A stretch of 64,000 nt of DNA from Gemmatimonadaceae bacterium (GTDB lineage Bacteria > Gemmatimonadota > Gemmatimonadetes > Gemmatimonadales > Gemmatimonadaceae): positions 1 through 64,000 of the forward strand of contig JBHYGA010000005.1 in the NCBI GenBank assembly GCA_051859245.1, written 5' to 3'. Of this stretch, positions 18,195-28,667 are shown one piece after another (within the stretch, counting starts at the first letter, position 1; each line of letters begins with the position of its first letter). The notes beneath the pieces were generated by a model. The model did no database searches. It saw nothing but the letters and a program-made list of their open reading frames with translations, and was not told the DNA's origin. A program made the translations under genes and the position numbers.

Positions 18195-21100
18195 ATGCAC
18201 TTCTTTTCTCGGAGAAACGCGTCGCTCGCGTTGAGCCTGGCCGCCGTTGGCGTCCTGGCTGCTTGCGGCGACGACGTTACGGTGCCCGTTGCGCCGCCGG
18301 CTCCTGTGGTTGTCAGCATCACGCCGCAGGCGGTGACGCTGAACCCGGGTTCGACGGCGACGCTTTCGGTGCAGATCTCAGGTGGTGACCCAACGCCGAC
18401 GCTCGCGTCGTGCGCCACGGGCGCCTCTGGTGTCGCGACGGCGGTAGCCGCCAACGGCGCCTGCACAGTGACGGCCGTTGCGGCCGGCAGCACGACCATT
18501 ACGGCCATCACGTCAGCCGGCCAGCAGGCTTCGGCCGCCGTGACGGTGAACGCGCTTCAGGCTGCCCTCGGCACCCTGACCGTGTCGCCGGCCGTTGCGA
18601 ACCTGGTCTCGGGTCAGAACCTCACGCTGGTTCCGAACGCGAGCCCGGCTTCGAACGCAGTGAACGTGACGTACACGTACGCGACGGCCGCTGCGGCCAT
18701 TGCGACGGTCAACGGCACGGGTGTTGTGACGGCGGTTGCGCCGGGCACGACGACGATCACGGTGACGGCCACGGGCACGGGCGCGGGCTTTAGCGCCGCG
18801 ACGCGCACGTTTGGCGTGACGGTGAACGTTTCCGCGGCCGCACCGGCCATCAGCTCGCTCAACGTGCAGCCCACGAGCCTCTCGCTCGCCACGGGTTCCA
18901 CGGGCGCGCTGACGTCGAACGCGACGCAGCCTGCGGGCGCGACGGCCGCCACGTACTCCTACGCGTCCGCCAACACGGCGATCGCGACGGTGACGGGCAC
19001 GGGCGCCAATGCAACGGTGACGGCGGTTGCCGCTGGCAACACGACGATCACGGTGACGGCCACGGCTCCGGCCGGCGGCGGTTTCGGCGCGTCAACGGTT
19101 ACCCAGCTCATCCCGGTCTCGGTGGCGGCTCCGGCCAGCCTCACGATCGAAACGGTGACGCAGGGTCCGATCGCGACCTCGTACGTTGATGACTCCACGA
19201 GCAACGGACGTCGCGCTGGTATCGTGACGACGGCCAATGCTCAGGTCAATCAGCCGATCGACATCACGGCGGTTCGCGACCAGATCCAGGTTGCGGTCAA
19301 CCTCGTGACGAACGGTCAGCGCGTTGACTCGATCGTGGCGTTCATCGCCAATGCGGATGGCACCGGCCGTCGCGCCGCTGCTCGTCAGCTGTACTCGAAC
19401 GGCCAGGCCAACGCCGGCATCGTGAACCTGTTTGTGAACACGGCCGATTTCACGGCTGATTTCGCGACGGGCGCGTCCGACGTGCTGTACAAGAACGGCC
19501 AGAAGGTGATCTCGGCTTCCGTGTTCACCACGAATGGCACGACGGCTGTTGAAATCCAGAACGCGTCGAACAACCGTCAGGTTGTGAACTTCGCGAACTA
19601 TGACGGCTACGCGATTCAGTATGTGAACCCGATGCGTGTTGCTGACGGTCCGGCCGGCCTGAACTGGCGCGGTGGTCCGGGCGACGAAGGCAAGGGTCGC
19701 TTCAGCATCGTCCCGGTTTGGTACTCGGGCAAGTCGGTCAAGTCGCTGACGCTCGGCATGCGTCAGGGCCTGATGAGCACGATCGACATCTGCGGCGCAG
19801 TGAATGGCACGGTGCCGTTCAGCCGTGAAACGATCACCGCGGCTCCGTTCGCGCTGACGTACGACGCCACGAACGGCCGTAACATTGCCTCGAGCAGCGT
19901 TCCGACCACGATTGGCAACGGCAACATCGAGTGCGGCGGTTACGAGCACCCGGCCGTTACGGCGCAGAACATCGCCGCCGTTGTTGCTGGCGTTGATGCG
20001 GACAACAACCCGGCCCCGGCCGTGACGTTCGCTGATGGTTACCGCTTCTCGTCCAACGTTGCTCGCCCGGTGAACAACCGTCTCGACTACGCTGGCCCGA
20101 GCACGACCACGCCGAACATCACGCGCAATCTCCCGGCCGTCACTGGTTGGGTGAATCAGTCGTTCAACTTCAACACGAACACGGCTGCCTCGACGGACGC
20201 TGGCGTTGGCGTGAAGGCGAACAGCCGTAGCTGGGCGTACAATGGTTGCACCACGTCGTCGACGGGCACGGTTGCCATGGCCGACGCTACGGGTGCTTCA
20301 GTCCCGGAATGCGCCACGAACTTCCTTGGCGGCTGGGATGCAGCAAACTCAACGACGCGTGGTCCGTACCGCGTGCGTTACGTCGAACTCGACGGCCTCG
20401 ACAACCCGACCACGTCGTCGTACTCGTCGAACTTCGGTTCTGACTGGACGGCTCCGCTGATCCGTTGGTCGGCCGCTTCGGTTGCTGACACGACGATCCT
20501 CTCGGCCACGACTGGCACTGTCCAGTTCCAGGCTGAGTTCATCGACGAGCGTGGTGGCTTCATGGACGCCAACGACCTTGGCGCGCCGTGGCAGTCGTCC
20601 ACCGCGACGGGCACCATCACGAACTCCGATGGTTCGCAGCAGCATTTCGCCAGCCGTGCGGCTGGTCTGCTGATCACGACCAGCGGCACGACGAAGGCTG
20701 TCTGTATCAACCCGAACTCGTTCACGGCCCTCGCCAACCTTGGCGTGACGTCGAACGCGGCGAACATCGCCGCTGCGACGGGTGCGGCGTTCCAGACGAT
20801 GCCGAACTGCTCGTTCCGCACGCAGCCGCTGACCACGCTCGGCGTTTCGCCGGCGCTTGACGGCTACCGCTCGGGCAACGGCGCGACGCTCGCGTCGTCG
20901 GAAGGCATCTACCACTACGCGACCCGCGTGTACGACCGCGCTGGTAACGTGTCAGAAGTGCTTCGTCGCCGCCTCGCGGTTGACGCCACCGCTGGTTTGA
21001 TCGCCAACCTCGGCGTTCCGGCCATCGTAACGGCTGCAGCCACGCCGGTGCTGACGTACAACGCGCAGGACAACGTTGAAATCCGTGCCACGGTCATTGC

Positions 21101-23099
21101 GAACACGCTCCCCGGCATTGCGTTGCCGCTCGTGTACCCGCAGGGTCTCGTTGACGCGCGCTTCAACGACAACATCAACAGCCCGATCGCACAGGCCACC
21201 ACGCAGCTCGGCGTGCCTGCTCCGACCCTGCTCGGCGTCTCGAACAACCTCGCGGTTGCTCCGGGTGCTCCGATCCAGACGGCGTACCTGGCTGGCTTTG
21301 ACGTTGCCAACCGTATCACCCCGACGATCACCGCTGGCTACCTCTCACAGGGTGTCCCTGCGTTGACCGCGGTTCCGAGCGCTGCGAACTTCACCAGCTG
21401 GGGCGTGTTGACCAGCCGTGCCGCTTCGTTCAACGCTCCGGAAGGCCTGAAGGCGCAGCTCGTGTCGAACACCAACGTGACGAACTCACCGTTCGGCCGC
21501 GTCGAGTTCTACCGTCTGTCGACCACGGGCATCCCGAATGCGACCGCGCCGTTGAACGGTCAGCATTGGCAGTACCTCGGCTCTGTCACCACGGCCATCC
21601 CGGCTGACCAGGGCAACACGCGGTACTGGACGTACACGCTGCCTGACAACCAGTACGCCTCGCTGCCGACGTCGTTTGAGACGCAGCAGACGCCGGCTGT
21701 CATCGGCAACGACATCATCGCGATCGGCGTGCTCGCCAGCAATGGCTCGGGCTTCGTAACGCAGTCGCAGATCGGTGGTTCGGCGATCAACTTCACGCCG
21801 GGCAGCATCACCTTCACCGCGCCGCCGGTCGGCTTCCCGGCGTTGCCGGCGAACCCGCAGGCGAACATCACGGTGGCGGGCGGCACGCAGGGCTTCAACG
21901 CGGTAGTCACCGGCGTTGGCATCCTCGCGCTTGACTCGCAGGGTGGTGTGTACACGGTCACGGCCAACCCGGTCACGATCAACGGTGTGCTGTACCAGCC
22001 GACGAACTCGGTGCAGGTCGTCAATGTCCCGGCCGGTACGATCGTACCGATCCCGAACAACATTGTGTACCAGCCGCAGGTCCTCGGCGTCCAGGTCAAC
22101 ACGAACCTTCCGGCGGGCGGCACGATCAGTGTCTCGCTCAACGGCCCGGTCAACGTGACGGCCTCGATCCCGTCGAACGGCGCGATCATCCCGGTACCGC
22201 AGGCTGGTAACTACACGGTCGTTGCCAACACGGCGTCGCTCACGATCAGCGGCCAGACGTACAACGCCCCGGTTGTTGGCGGCTCGCCCGCGAACGTCGT
22301 GGCCGGTGTACCGCCGGTTGCTACGATCACGTACGCCAGCCCGCTCTTCTCGACGGGTCTGTTGGTACGCGCTTACAATGACGTGACGTTCGGTGACTTC
22401 ACCGCGCTTACGTACCTGGACAACCTGAGCATCGCGAGCAACGCGATTGCCAGCCCGACCGCGCAGCTTGCGGCCGGTATCTCAGGCGCCGGCACGCAGA
22501 TCACCGCGGCCAGCAACACGCTCCAGAGCGCGGTTCAGAACGGCACGTTCTCCATCACCAACCTGGCTACGCTGTTCACCACAGCGTCGATCCCGGCTGG
22601 CACGTTGGGCAACTCGCAGGTTGGTGCGCAGGTGACCACGTTCGGCGGTGTGTACAGTGGCACGTCCACGTACAACAACCTGAACGGCACAGGCACGCTC
22701 ACCATGCGTCCGGCGCAGATCCGCATCGTCACCACTGGTGTGACGTCGCCTGCGCTCACGAACCCGACCAACTGGCAGCTTGACGCCGTGGTCACGGGTC
22801 CGAACCTCTTCACGACGGGTGCATTCTTCACGGCGGGCAATGCCTTCGTGGTGAATGGCGCGGCGGGTGCAGGTTCCAAGATCCTCACGGTTCCGGTTGC
22901 TTCACCGGGCGTGGGTTCGTACCAGGTCTCGATCCCGAACACGTTCGTGATCGGTGGCACGACGTTCACTGCTCAGTGCACGCCGGCCGCCACGGGCGGC
23001 AACACGGCACAGGTCGTTGGCAACAACTGCCTCGTGTCGGTCAACGCGGTCTACAGCGCCGCGCAGACGATCACGATCAACTACACGGGCACGCCGTAA
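18195..23099 (+). CDS. Very large Thr/Ala/Asn-rich lipoprotein with Ig-like domains; S-layer or surface protein candidate
   Basis: GGAGG SD; lipobox VLAA|C; three Big_2-like repeats (..VTAVAAG.TTIT.T); D-x-x-x-N Ig motifs; strongly biased codon use; followed by a strong terminator. Confidence 0.85.
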   Translation: MHFFSRRNASLALSLAAVGVLAACGDDVTVPVAPPAPVVVSITPQAVTLNPGSTATLSVQISGGDPTPTLASCATGASGVATAVAANGACTVTAVAAGSTTITAITSAGQQASAAVTVNALQAALGTLTVSPAVANLVSGQNLTLVPNASPASNAVNVTYTYATAAAAIATVNGTGVVTAVAPGTTTITVTATGTGAGFSAATRTFGVTVNVSAAAPAISSLNVQPTSLSLATGSTGALTSNATQPAGATAATYSYASANTAIATVTGTGANATVTAVAAGNTTITVTATAPAGGGFGASTVTQLIPVSVAAPASLTIETVTQGPIATSYVDDSTSNGRRAGIVTTANAQVNQPIDITAVRDQIQVAVNLVTNGQRVDSIVAFIANADGTGRRAAARQLYSNGQANAGIVNLFVNTADFTADFATGASDVLYKNGQKVISASVFTTNGTTAVEIQNASNNRQVVNFANYDGYAIQYVNPMRVADGPAGLNWRGGPGDEGKGRFSIVPVWYSGKSVKSLTLGMRQGLMSTIDICGAVNGTVPFSRETITAAPFALTYDATNGRNIASSSVPTTIGNGNIECGGYEHPAVTAQNIAAVVAGVDADNNPAPAVTFADGYRFSSNVARPVNNRLDYAGPSTTTPNITRNLPAVTGWVNQSFNFNTNTAASTDAGVGVKANSRSWAYNGCTTSSTGTVAMADATGASVPECATNFLGGWDAANSTTRGPYRVRYVELDGLDNPTTSSYSSNFGSDWTAPLIRWSAASVADTTILSATTGTVQFQAEFIDERGGFMDANDLGAPWQSSTATGTITNSDGSQQHFASRAAGLLITTSGTTKAVCINPNSFTALANLGVTSNAANIAAATGAAFQTMPNCSFRTQPLTTLGVSPALDGYRSGNGATLASSEGIYHYATRVYDRAGNVSEVLRRRLAVDATAGLIANLGVPAIVTAAATPVLTYNAQDNVEIRATVIANTLPGIALPLVYPQGLVDARFNDNINSPIAQATTQLGVPAPTLLGVSNNLAVAPGAPIQTAYLAGFDVANRITPTITAGYLSQGVPALTAVPSAANFTSWGVLTSRAASFNAPEGLKAQLVSNTNVTNSPFGRVEFYRLSTTGIPNATAPLNGQHWQYLGSVTTAIPADQGNTRYWTYTLPDNQYASLPTSFETQQTPAVIGNDIIAIGVLASNGSGFVTQSQIGGSAINFTPGSITFTAPPVGFPALPANPQANITVAGGTQGFNAVVTGVGILALDSQGGVYTVTANPVTINGVLYQPTNSVQVVNVPAGTIVPIPNNIVYQPQVLGVQVNTNLPAGGTISVSLNGPVNVTASIPSNGAIIPVPQAGNYTVVANTASLTISGQTYNAPVVGGSPANVVAGVPPVATITYASPLFSTGLLVRAYNDVTFGDFTALTYLDNLSIASNAIASPTAQLAAGISGAGTQITAASNTLQSAVQNGTFSITNLATLFTTASIPAGTLGNSQVGAQVTTFGGVYSGTSTYNNLNGTGTLTMRPAQIRIVTTGVTSPALTNPTNWQLDAVVTGPNLFTTGAFFTAGNAFVVNGAAGAGSKILTVPVASPGVGSYQVSIPNTFVIGGTTFTAQCTPAATGGNTAQVVGNNCLVSVNAVYSAAQTITINYTGTP

Positions 23100-23131
23100 G
23101 GCTTGCCGCTGAGTAGCGGTTCGTAAGGACT

Positions 23132-23168
23132 GGGGGCACTCCTTCGGGAGTGCCCCCTTTTCTGTTTG
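23132..23168 (+). terminator. Rho-independent terminator of the 1634-aa lipoprotein gene
   Basis: 11-bp perfect stem GGGGGCACTCC-TTCG-GGAGTGCCCCC followed by TTTTTCTGTTT. Confidence 0.92.
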
Positions 23169-23264
23169 CCGGGTACGATTAGACTCAACCCTGCGCGCGG
23201 CGCGAAACAGGCGGTCTTCTGCGACGCGCGCTCTTCGTTTTCACACTCACACATTCGGATTGAT

Positions 23265-23741
23265 ATGCACGCTCTCTTGTCTGGAACGGGCGCACGAGCC
23301 CGCACTCTCTCGCGCGCGGCACTGCTCGGCGCGATCGCCTTCGCCCTCGCCGCTTGCGGCTCGGATGACGTTGGCAATGCCAAGATCTCACAGATCGACA
23401 ATGGCATGACCAAGGACTCAGTCTTCGCCATTCTTGGCGAAGGACCGCTCGTGGCCGTTGACGCCTTCGAGCAGCCCCAGGTGGAGCGGGGCTTTCGCCG
23501 TCAGCAGTATCTGATGAACGGCGAGACGTACAGCGTGGTCTGGTATCGTGAGCAGCCGGGCTCACTCAACGACGCCATCGTTGACACCATCTCCACCCCA
23601 ATCCTGTTGCAGGGTGACACGGTGATCGCAGCGGGCTGGAAGGCGTTCAACAAGAAGTCGCTGGAGCTCAACATCCCGAATCCAGCGCGTGACAAAGAGC
23701 GCCTCGATTCCATCTCGAAATCGCAGGCTCCACCGCAGTAG
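23265..23741 (+). CDS. Small lipoprotein, SmpA/OmlA- or DUF3192-like
   Basis: Lipobox ALAA|C; 'ISQIDNGMTKDSVFAILG' and 'TPILLQGDTVIAAGW' motifs. Confidence 0.7.
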   Translation: MHALLSGTGARARTLSRAALLGAIAFALAACGSDDVGNAKISQIDNGMTKDSVFAILGEGPLVAVDAFEQPQVERGFRRQQYLMNGETYSVVWYREQPGSLNDAIVDTISTPILLQGDTVIAAGWKAFNKKSLELNIPNPARDKERLDSISKSQAPPQ

Positions 23742-23854
23742 TCGTTGGCGCTGTCGGTCGGCGCAGAGGCTCGCACAGAACGCCCAGCAGCACGAATGGC
23801 GGGCTCTTCTGTAACGGTCGAATCATTCCCGTCAGTGACGAAATCAGCTCAAAT

Positions 23855-23873
23855 TGTGATCGTCCGCACGCGT
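23855..23873. promoter_or_regulatory. CRP/FNR-like site TGTGA-N6-GCACGCGT upstream of the Big_1 lipoprotein gene
   Basis: TGTGA TCGTCC GCACGCGT; the same pattern occurs at 36044-36062. Confidence 0.4.
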
Positions 23874-23999
23874 AAGGTGTATGGCTTTTTACCAAACCCT
23901 TGCGCGTGCGGAACGCTATTGTGATGGTGTAGCGTGTATCTGTTGTGCGCTCGGTATTCTCGCCGTGTAACACACCTGGACCACTTCAACCGGATCACT

Positions 24000-26294
24000 A
24001 TGCGACCACTTTTTCGCGTCCGAAACACTTTGCTCGCGCTCGCGACCCTCGCTGTTGCCGCAGCGTGTGGTGACAATGGTTCTGAGCCCGCCCAGCCGTC
24101 TACGGTTTCTGTTGTTGGCTCGGCTACGTTGACAGGAACGGCGGGCGAGGCACTCGCCACGCCAATCCGCGTCCGCGTGGCAGATGCCGGCGGAACGCCC
24201 CTTGAAGGGCAGACGGTCACCTTTTCGGTAACGGGCGGCGGCGGTACAGTTGCCCCGGCCACCGGCACCACTAACAGCAGCGGTGAAGCCACGGCCGTCT
24301 GGACGCTCGGCACCTCCACCGGCCAGCAGACGGCGCAGGCCGCGGTTGCTGGTGTGACCACTCCTGCAACCTTCATTGCGGTCGCATCGGCTGGCGCTCC
24401 GTCGGCCATTTCGATCAACGCCGGTAACAATCAGACCGGTCAGGCAGGCGCGCCTGTGGGTATTGCCCCAGCGGTTCGCCTGCTTGATCGTTTCGGCAAT
24501 CCGGTCGCCGGCGTCTCCGTGTTCTTCTCGGTGAGCGCGGGCGGCGGCTCCGTCACGGGAAGTGGCGCGACCACCAACGCCGAAGGTATTGCCACCGTTG
24601 GTAGCTGGCAGCTCGGCCCGAACGTGGGCGTGAATCGCCTCACGGCGCTGGCCGTGTTCAATGGCGTCCAGGGCAACCCAGTTGAGTTCACGGCCACGGC
24701 CGCGGCTGGTCCGGCCAACCGCGTCACGGCGCTCACGGCCACCACGATCAATCAGGCCGTTGGCACGAACGTCTCGCCGCTGCCGAGCATCCGCGTGACA
24801 GACGCCGCCGGCAACCCCGTAGCAGGGGTCACGGTCACGTTCGCGGGTTCCACCGGCTCCACGGTGAACGGCACCACCAAGCAGACGAGCGCTGACGGTG
24901 TCGCCACGGTTGATGGCTGGCTGCTTGGCACGGCCGTGCAGAACTACACGCTGACCGCCACGGTCCCGGGCATTCTCACGCCGACCGTCTTTACGGCGAC
25001 CACGCGGGCCGCAGCGGCAGCCAGCGTCACCGCAGTGGCCGGCAACAACCAGACCACGTTTGTTGGTCGCCCGGTTGATGTGGAGCCGTCTGTGCGCGTG
25101 AACGACGGCTTTGGTAATCCGGTGAGCGGCGCCGAAGTTGTGTTTACTGTCGTCGCCGGTGGCGGTTCAGCCGTTGCGCGTACGCAGATCACCAACGCCG
25201 CGGGTATCGCCACGGTTGGCGGCTGGACGCTTGGTGAGACGGTGGGCACGAATACGCTGCGTGCTACGGTCACGGGTCAGAACATCGCGGGCAATCCGGT
25301 GAACTTCACCGCGACCGCCACGCCTGGCTTGCCGGCCACGATCGCGGTGCAGGCGGGCGCGGGTCAGACGGCGCAGGTCTCCACCACGCTGCCGATTTCG
25401 CCGGCCGTTGTTGTGCGTGACAACCGTGGTAACCCGGTGGCCAACGTGAACGTGCTGTTCCTGGTTGGCACGGGTGGCGGTACGCTCACCGGCGCGCAGG
25501 CGCAGACGAACGCGAGCGGTGTGGCCACGGTCGGTTCGTGGACGCTTGGTGGCACCACGGGCACGCAGACGCTCATCGCGCGCGTCACGGGCCTCACAGA
25601 CGTTGTGATCTCGGCCACGGCCACGCCTGGTGTGCCGAACGCGGTCACGCCGGTGAATGCCTTGTCGTACGGTGCGGTGGTCGCCAATCAGCTTGTGGCG
25701 CCGGCTCCGGCCGTTGTTGTACGCGACGTTGGTGGCAACCCGCTCGGAAACGTGACGGTCAACTTCCAGCTCGAGACGGTTGGTAGCGGCACGATCACTG
25801 GCGGCACGGTGGTCACCGACGCCAATGGTGTCGCGCAGGTTGGTTCGTGGCGCGTAGGCACGGTCGCCGGAACGGTCTCTGGCCTCCGCGTCTTCGTGAC
25901 GGGTCTCGATCAGGCGGGCAACGAGATCGTGTTCTCCGCCAACGTCACGGCCGGTGCGCCGACCACGATGAACGTGGCGCCGGCATCGGTGCTGAACCAG
26001 ACGAACCTGCCAAACACCGGTGGCGCAGTGCCAACGGCGCCGGCGGTTCGCTTGACGGACGCGTTTGGTAATCCAGTCGCCAACGTTGCCGTGCTGTTCG
26101 TGCCGCAGATCGGCTCGGGCACGGTCAATGGTGGTGCGCCGAACATCACGATCTTCACCGGCAACGACGGCATTGCCACGTTGACCGACTGGACGATTCC
26201 GGCTGGTGGCAGTGCAACGCGTCAGCTTGCGGTCACGCTGCCCGGGTTCCCGGCGGTTCCGCTCGTTGCCTTCTCAGCGCAGACGGTGCCCTAA
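24000..26294 (+). CDS. Lipoprotein made of seven Big_1 (invasin-type) Ig-like repeats
   Basis: Lipobox VAAA|C; seven ~100-aa repeats P.VRV.D..GNPV..V.V.F......T.A.G.ATV..W.LG; no catalytic motif seen. Confidence 0.85.
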   Translation: MRPLFRVRNTLLALATLAVAAACGDNGSEPAQPSTVSVVGSATLTGTAGEALATPIRVRVADAGGTPLEGQTVTFSVTGGGGTVAPATGTTNSSGEATAVWTLGTSTGQQTAQAAVAGVTTPATFIAVASAGAPSAISINAGNNQTGQAGAPVGIAPAVRLLDRFGNPVAGVSVFFSVSAGGGSVTGSGATTNAEGIATVGSWQLGPNVGVNRLTALAVFNGVQGNPVEFTATAAAGPANRVTALTATTINQAVGTNVSPLPSIRVTDAAGNPVAGVTVTFAGSTGSTVNGTTKQTSADGVATVDGWLLGTAVQNYTLTATVPGILTPTVFTATTRAAAAASVTAVAGNNQTTFVGRPVDVEPSVRVNDGFGNPVSGAEVVFTVVAGGGSAVARTQITNAAGIATVGGWTLGETVGTNTLRATVTGQNIAGNPVNFTATATPGLPATIAVQAGAGQTAQVSTTLPISPAVVVRDNRGNPVANVNVLFLVGTGGGTLTGAQAQTNASGVATVGSWTLGGTTGTQTLIARVTGLTDVVISATATPGVPNAVTPVNALSYGAVVANQLVAPAPAVVVRDVGGNPLGNVTVNFQLETVGSGTITGGTVVTDANGVAQVGSWRVGTVAGTVSGLRVFVTGLDQAGNEIVFSANVTAGAPTTMNVAPASVLNQTNLPNTGGAVPTAPAVRLTDAFGNPVANVAVLFVPQIGSGTVNGGAPNITIFTGNDGIATLTDWTIPAGGSATRQLAVTLPGFPAVPLVAFSAQTVP

Positions 26295-26306
26295 CGCACC
26301 ACTCGC

Positions 26307-27041
26307 TTACTCCGCGGTCAACGTGTGCAATAGCGCGCGTTGATCGTGGGGAAGGGGAGCGACGTGCAGTGAAAACGCGCTGGCAATGCCAGCACTCACG
26401 GCCCGCACAACATCTGCTTGTGCGGGCCGTGTTGCGTTCAGGCGATCACATTCTGCATACACCGACGTCATCTCGACGCCCGGAATGCCACACGGCACCG
26501 TATGCGCGAACGTGGCGAGCGAGTTGCTCACGTTGAGCGCGAAACCGTGCCACGTGACCCAATCGCGTGCGTGCACGCCAATCGACGCCAGTTTGCGCTC
26601 ATCGGCCCACACGCCGGTGAGACCAGCACGTCGAGCGGCCTGCACACCGAACGGCGCCACGCCATCAATGATGCCCTGTTCAACCTGACGCAAAAACCAG
26701 TGCAGGTCCTTTTTGTGTCGCTTGAGATCGAGGACGAGATATCCAACAAGCTGGCCTGGCTCGTGCACGGTGATGTCACCACCGCGCTCCACATCGTGCA
26801 GTTCCACACCCGCTGCCGGCAGTGCCGAGGCCTCGGTGAGCAAATGCGGCGGTTTGAATCCGCGCCCCAGCGTGATCACCGGCGGATGTTCGCACAGCAA
26901 CAGCACATCGTGCGGCAACTCGCCCTTGATGCGCAGCTCCGCTGCTCGGCGCTGCAGGGCGAGCGCGTCCAGATAGGGCACGAGTCCGAGATCGTGCGTG
27001 TGCAACAACGGCACCTCGCGCAATTCGGACTCGTTTTCCAC
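26307..27041 (-). CDS. lipB: Lipoyl(octanoyl) transferase LipB
   Basis: LLCEHPPVITLG, ERGGDITVHEPGQLVGY, KLASIG, HGFALNV, VPCG. Confidence 0.95.
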   Translation of the reverse strand: MENESELREVPLLHTHDLGLVPYLDALALQRRAAELRIKGELPHDVLLLCEHPPVITLGRGFKPPHLLTEASALPAAGVELHDVERGGDITVHEPGQLVGYLVLDLKRHKKDLHWFLRQVEQGIIDGVAPFGVQAARRAGLTGVWADERKLASIGVHARDWVTWHGFALNVSNSLATFAHTVPCGIPGVEMTSVYAECDRLNATRPAQADVVRAVSAGIASAFSLHVAPLPHDQRALLHTLTAE

Positions 27042-27082
27042 GTGAAACGTCTGCTCTACGGTGTGCGCAAACGCGTGACGCG

Positions 27083-28486
27083 TCAGGCGTGCACCAGCTT
27101 GCCGAGGCTGTCGAGCACTGCTTCAGCAACGGCCTCGCTGAGCGTTGGGTGCGCGTGCACCGCGAGATCGATTTCTTCTACGGTGAACTCATTCGCACGC
27201 GCGACCACGAGCTCGTGAATGATCTCGGTGGCGTTGGCACCAATGATGTGCGCGCCGAGGATCTCGCCGTACTGTTTGCCACGAATGATCTTCACGAAAC
27301 CATCGGTCTCGCCCGACGTGCGCGCGCGCCCATTGGCCGAGAACGCGAACTTGCCCACCACGTAGTCGAGCTTCTGATCCTTGCAGGCCTGCTCGGTCAG
27401 GCCAACGCTGGCCACTTCCGGTGAGCAGTACGTGCAGTTCGGAATGTTGCCGTAGTCCACCGCGTGCGGGTGTTCACCGCCAAGCATGTCGGCGAGCACG
27501 TGACCCTCACGCGATCCTTTGTGCGCGAGCATCTGATTGCCGGCAACGTCGCCCACCGCGTAATAGCCGGGGACGGTGGTTTCGAACTTCTCGTTGATCT
27601 TGATGAAGCCGCGTTCGGTGGTCTTGATGCCAAGCGTTTCCAGGCCGATTCCGTCAACGTTTGGCGCGCGACCGGCCGCCACGAGCACATGCTCGACTTC
27701 GAGCGTTTCGGCTTTGCCGTTCTCTTCCACGGTGAGCGACACACCATTCTTGCCCACCGTGACGCCCTGCAGCTTGGCACCAACGCGCGCGTCAATCTTG
27801 CGCTTCTTGAAGGCGCGCAGCAGTTCCTTCGATACGTCTTCGTCTTCGAGCGGCAGCAAACGTGGCGCCACTTCGATCAGTGTCACGGCCGTACCAAACG
27901 CGTTGAACACATCGGCGAACTCGCAGCCAACCGCGCCGGCGCCAACGATGGCCATCGTTTTGGGCGTATGCTCAAGCACGAGTACATCGTCACTCGACAG
28001 AATACGCTTGCCATCGAGCGTCAGCCCCGCCTGCGGCAGTCCCTTCACGCGCGAACCCGTGGCAATCACCAGGGCCTTCTTCGCTTCGTGCGTTTCCGTT
28101 TTGCCGTCTTCGCTCTTGACCTCAACGCGCTTGCCTGCCTTGAGCGTACCGGTGCCGCGAATCCACGTCACCTTGTTCTTTTTGAACAGAAACTCGACGC
28201 CTTTGCTGTTCTGCAAGCTCACGGCGCGCGAACGCTTCATGGCCGGCACATAGTCGAACGACAGCTCGCCAGTGGTGACACCGTGCTCGCTCGCCTTGCG
28301 CACTTTGTTGGCCACGTGACCGCTCTCGAGCAGCGCCTTGGCCGGAATACAGCCCCAGATGACGCAGGTGCCGCCGAGTGCTTCGCGTTCAATAACGGCG
28401 ACGGAAAGCCCGAGCTGGGCGCAGCGGATGGCGCAGACGTAGCCTGCAGGGCCGCCGCCGAGAACAATGACGTCGTAAGAAGCCAT
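27083..28486 (-). CDS. lpdA: Dihydrolipoamide dehydrogenase (E3)
   Basis: GGGPAGYV, GGTCVIWGCIP disulfide motif, GAGAVGCEF, HAHPTLSE. Confidence 0.96.
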   Translation of the reverse strand: MASYDVIVLGGGPAGYVCAIRCAQLGLSVAVIEREALGGTCVIWGCIPAKALLESGHVANKVRKASEHGVTTGELSFDYVPAMKRSRAVSLQNSKGVEFLFKKNKVTWIRGTGTLKAGKRVEVKSEDGKTETHEAKKALVIATGSRVKGLPQAGLTLDGKRILSSDDVLVLEHTPKTMAIVGAGAVGCEFADVFNAFGTAVTLIEVAPRLLPLEDEDVSKELLRAFKKRKIDARVGAKLQGVTVGKNGVSLTVEENGKAETLEVEHVLVAAGRAPNVDGIGLETLGIKTTERGFIKINEKFETTVPGYYAVGDVAGNQMLAHKGSREGHVLADMLGGEHPHAVDYGNIPNCTYCSPEVASVGLTEQACKDQKLDYVVGKFAFSANGRARTSGETDGFVKIIRGKQYGEILGAHIIGANATEIIHELVVARANEFTVEEIDLAVHAHPTLSEAVAEAVLDSLGKLVHA

Positions 28487-28580
28487 GGGAGAGTCAGGGA
28501 GATTCGGGGTGAGCCCGCCATGCCGCAGGGCAGGTGGGAGTCACGAATACCCGTCATTCGTACCGACGGGGGATCCCTGA

Positions 28581-28622
28581 AAAGTACCGGGCGTGCGCCT
28601 TCGTAGAAAGCGCACGCCCGGT
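28581..28622 (-). terminator. Terminator of the 2405-aa protease gene
   Basis: 13-bp stem ACCGGGCGTGCGC / GCGCACGCCCGGT followed by ACTTTT on the minus strand. Confidence 0.75.
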
Positions 28623-28667
28623 GTTCACACGTGGTTCCGCCCGGAGGCGGAACGAGTCACGAGAGGA

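Noticed and set aside
17556..18200. N-terminal 215-aa extension of the helicase ORF (15396..18200)
   Set aside because: Low-complexity, non-helicase sequence that runs into the divergent gene's start; helicase motifs begin just after ATG 17555.
23810..23833. ECF sigma promoter TGTAAC...CGTC
   Set aside because: The spacer is 14 nt, shorter than the usual 16-17, and there is no other support.
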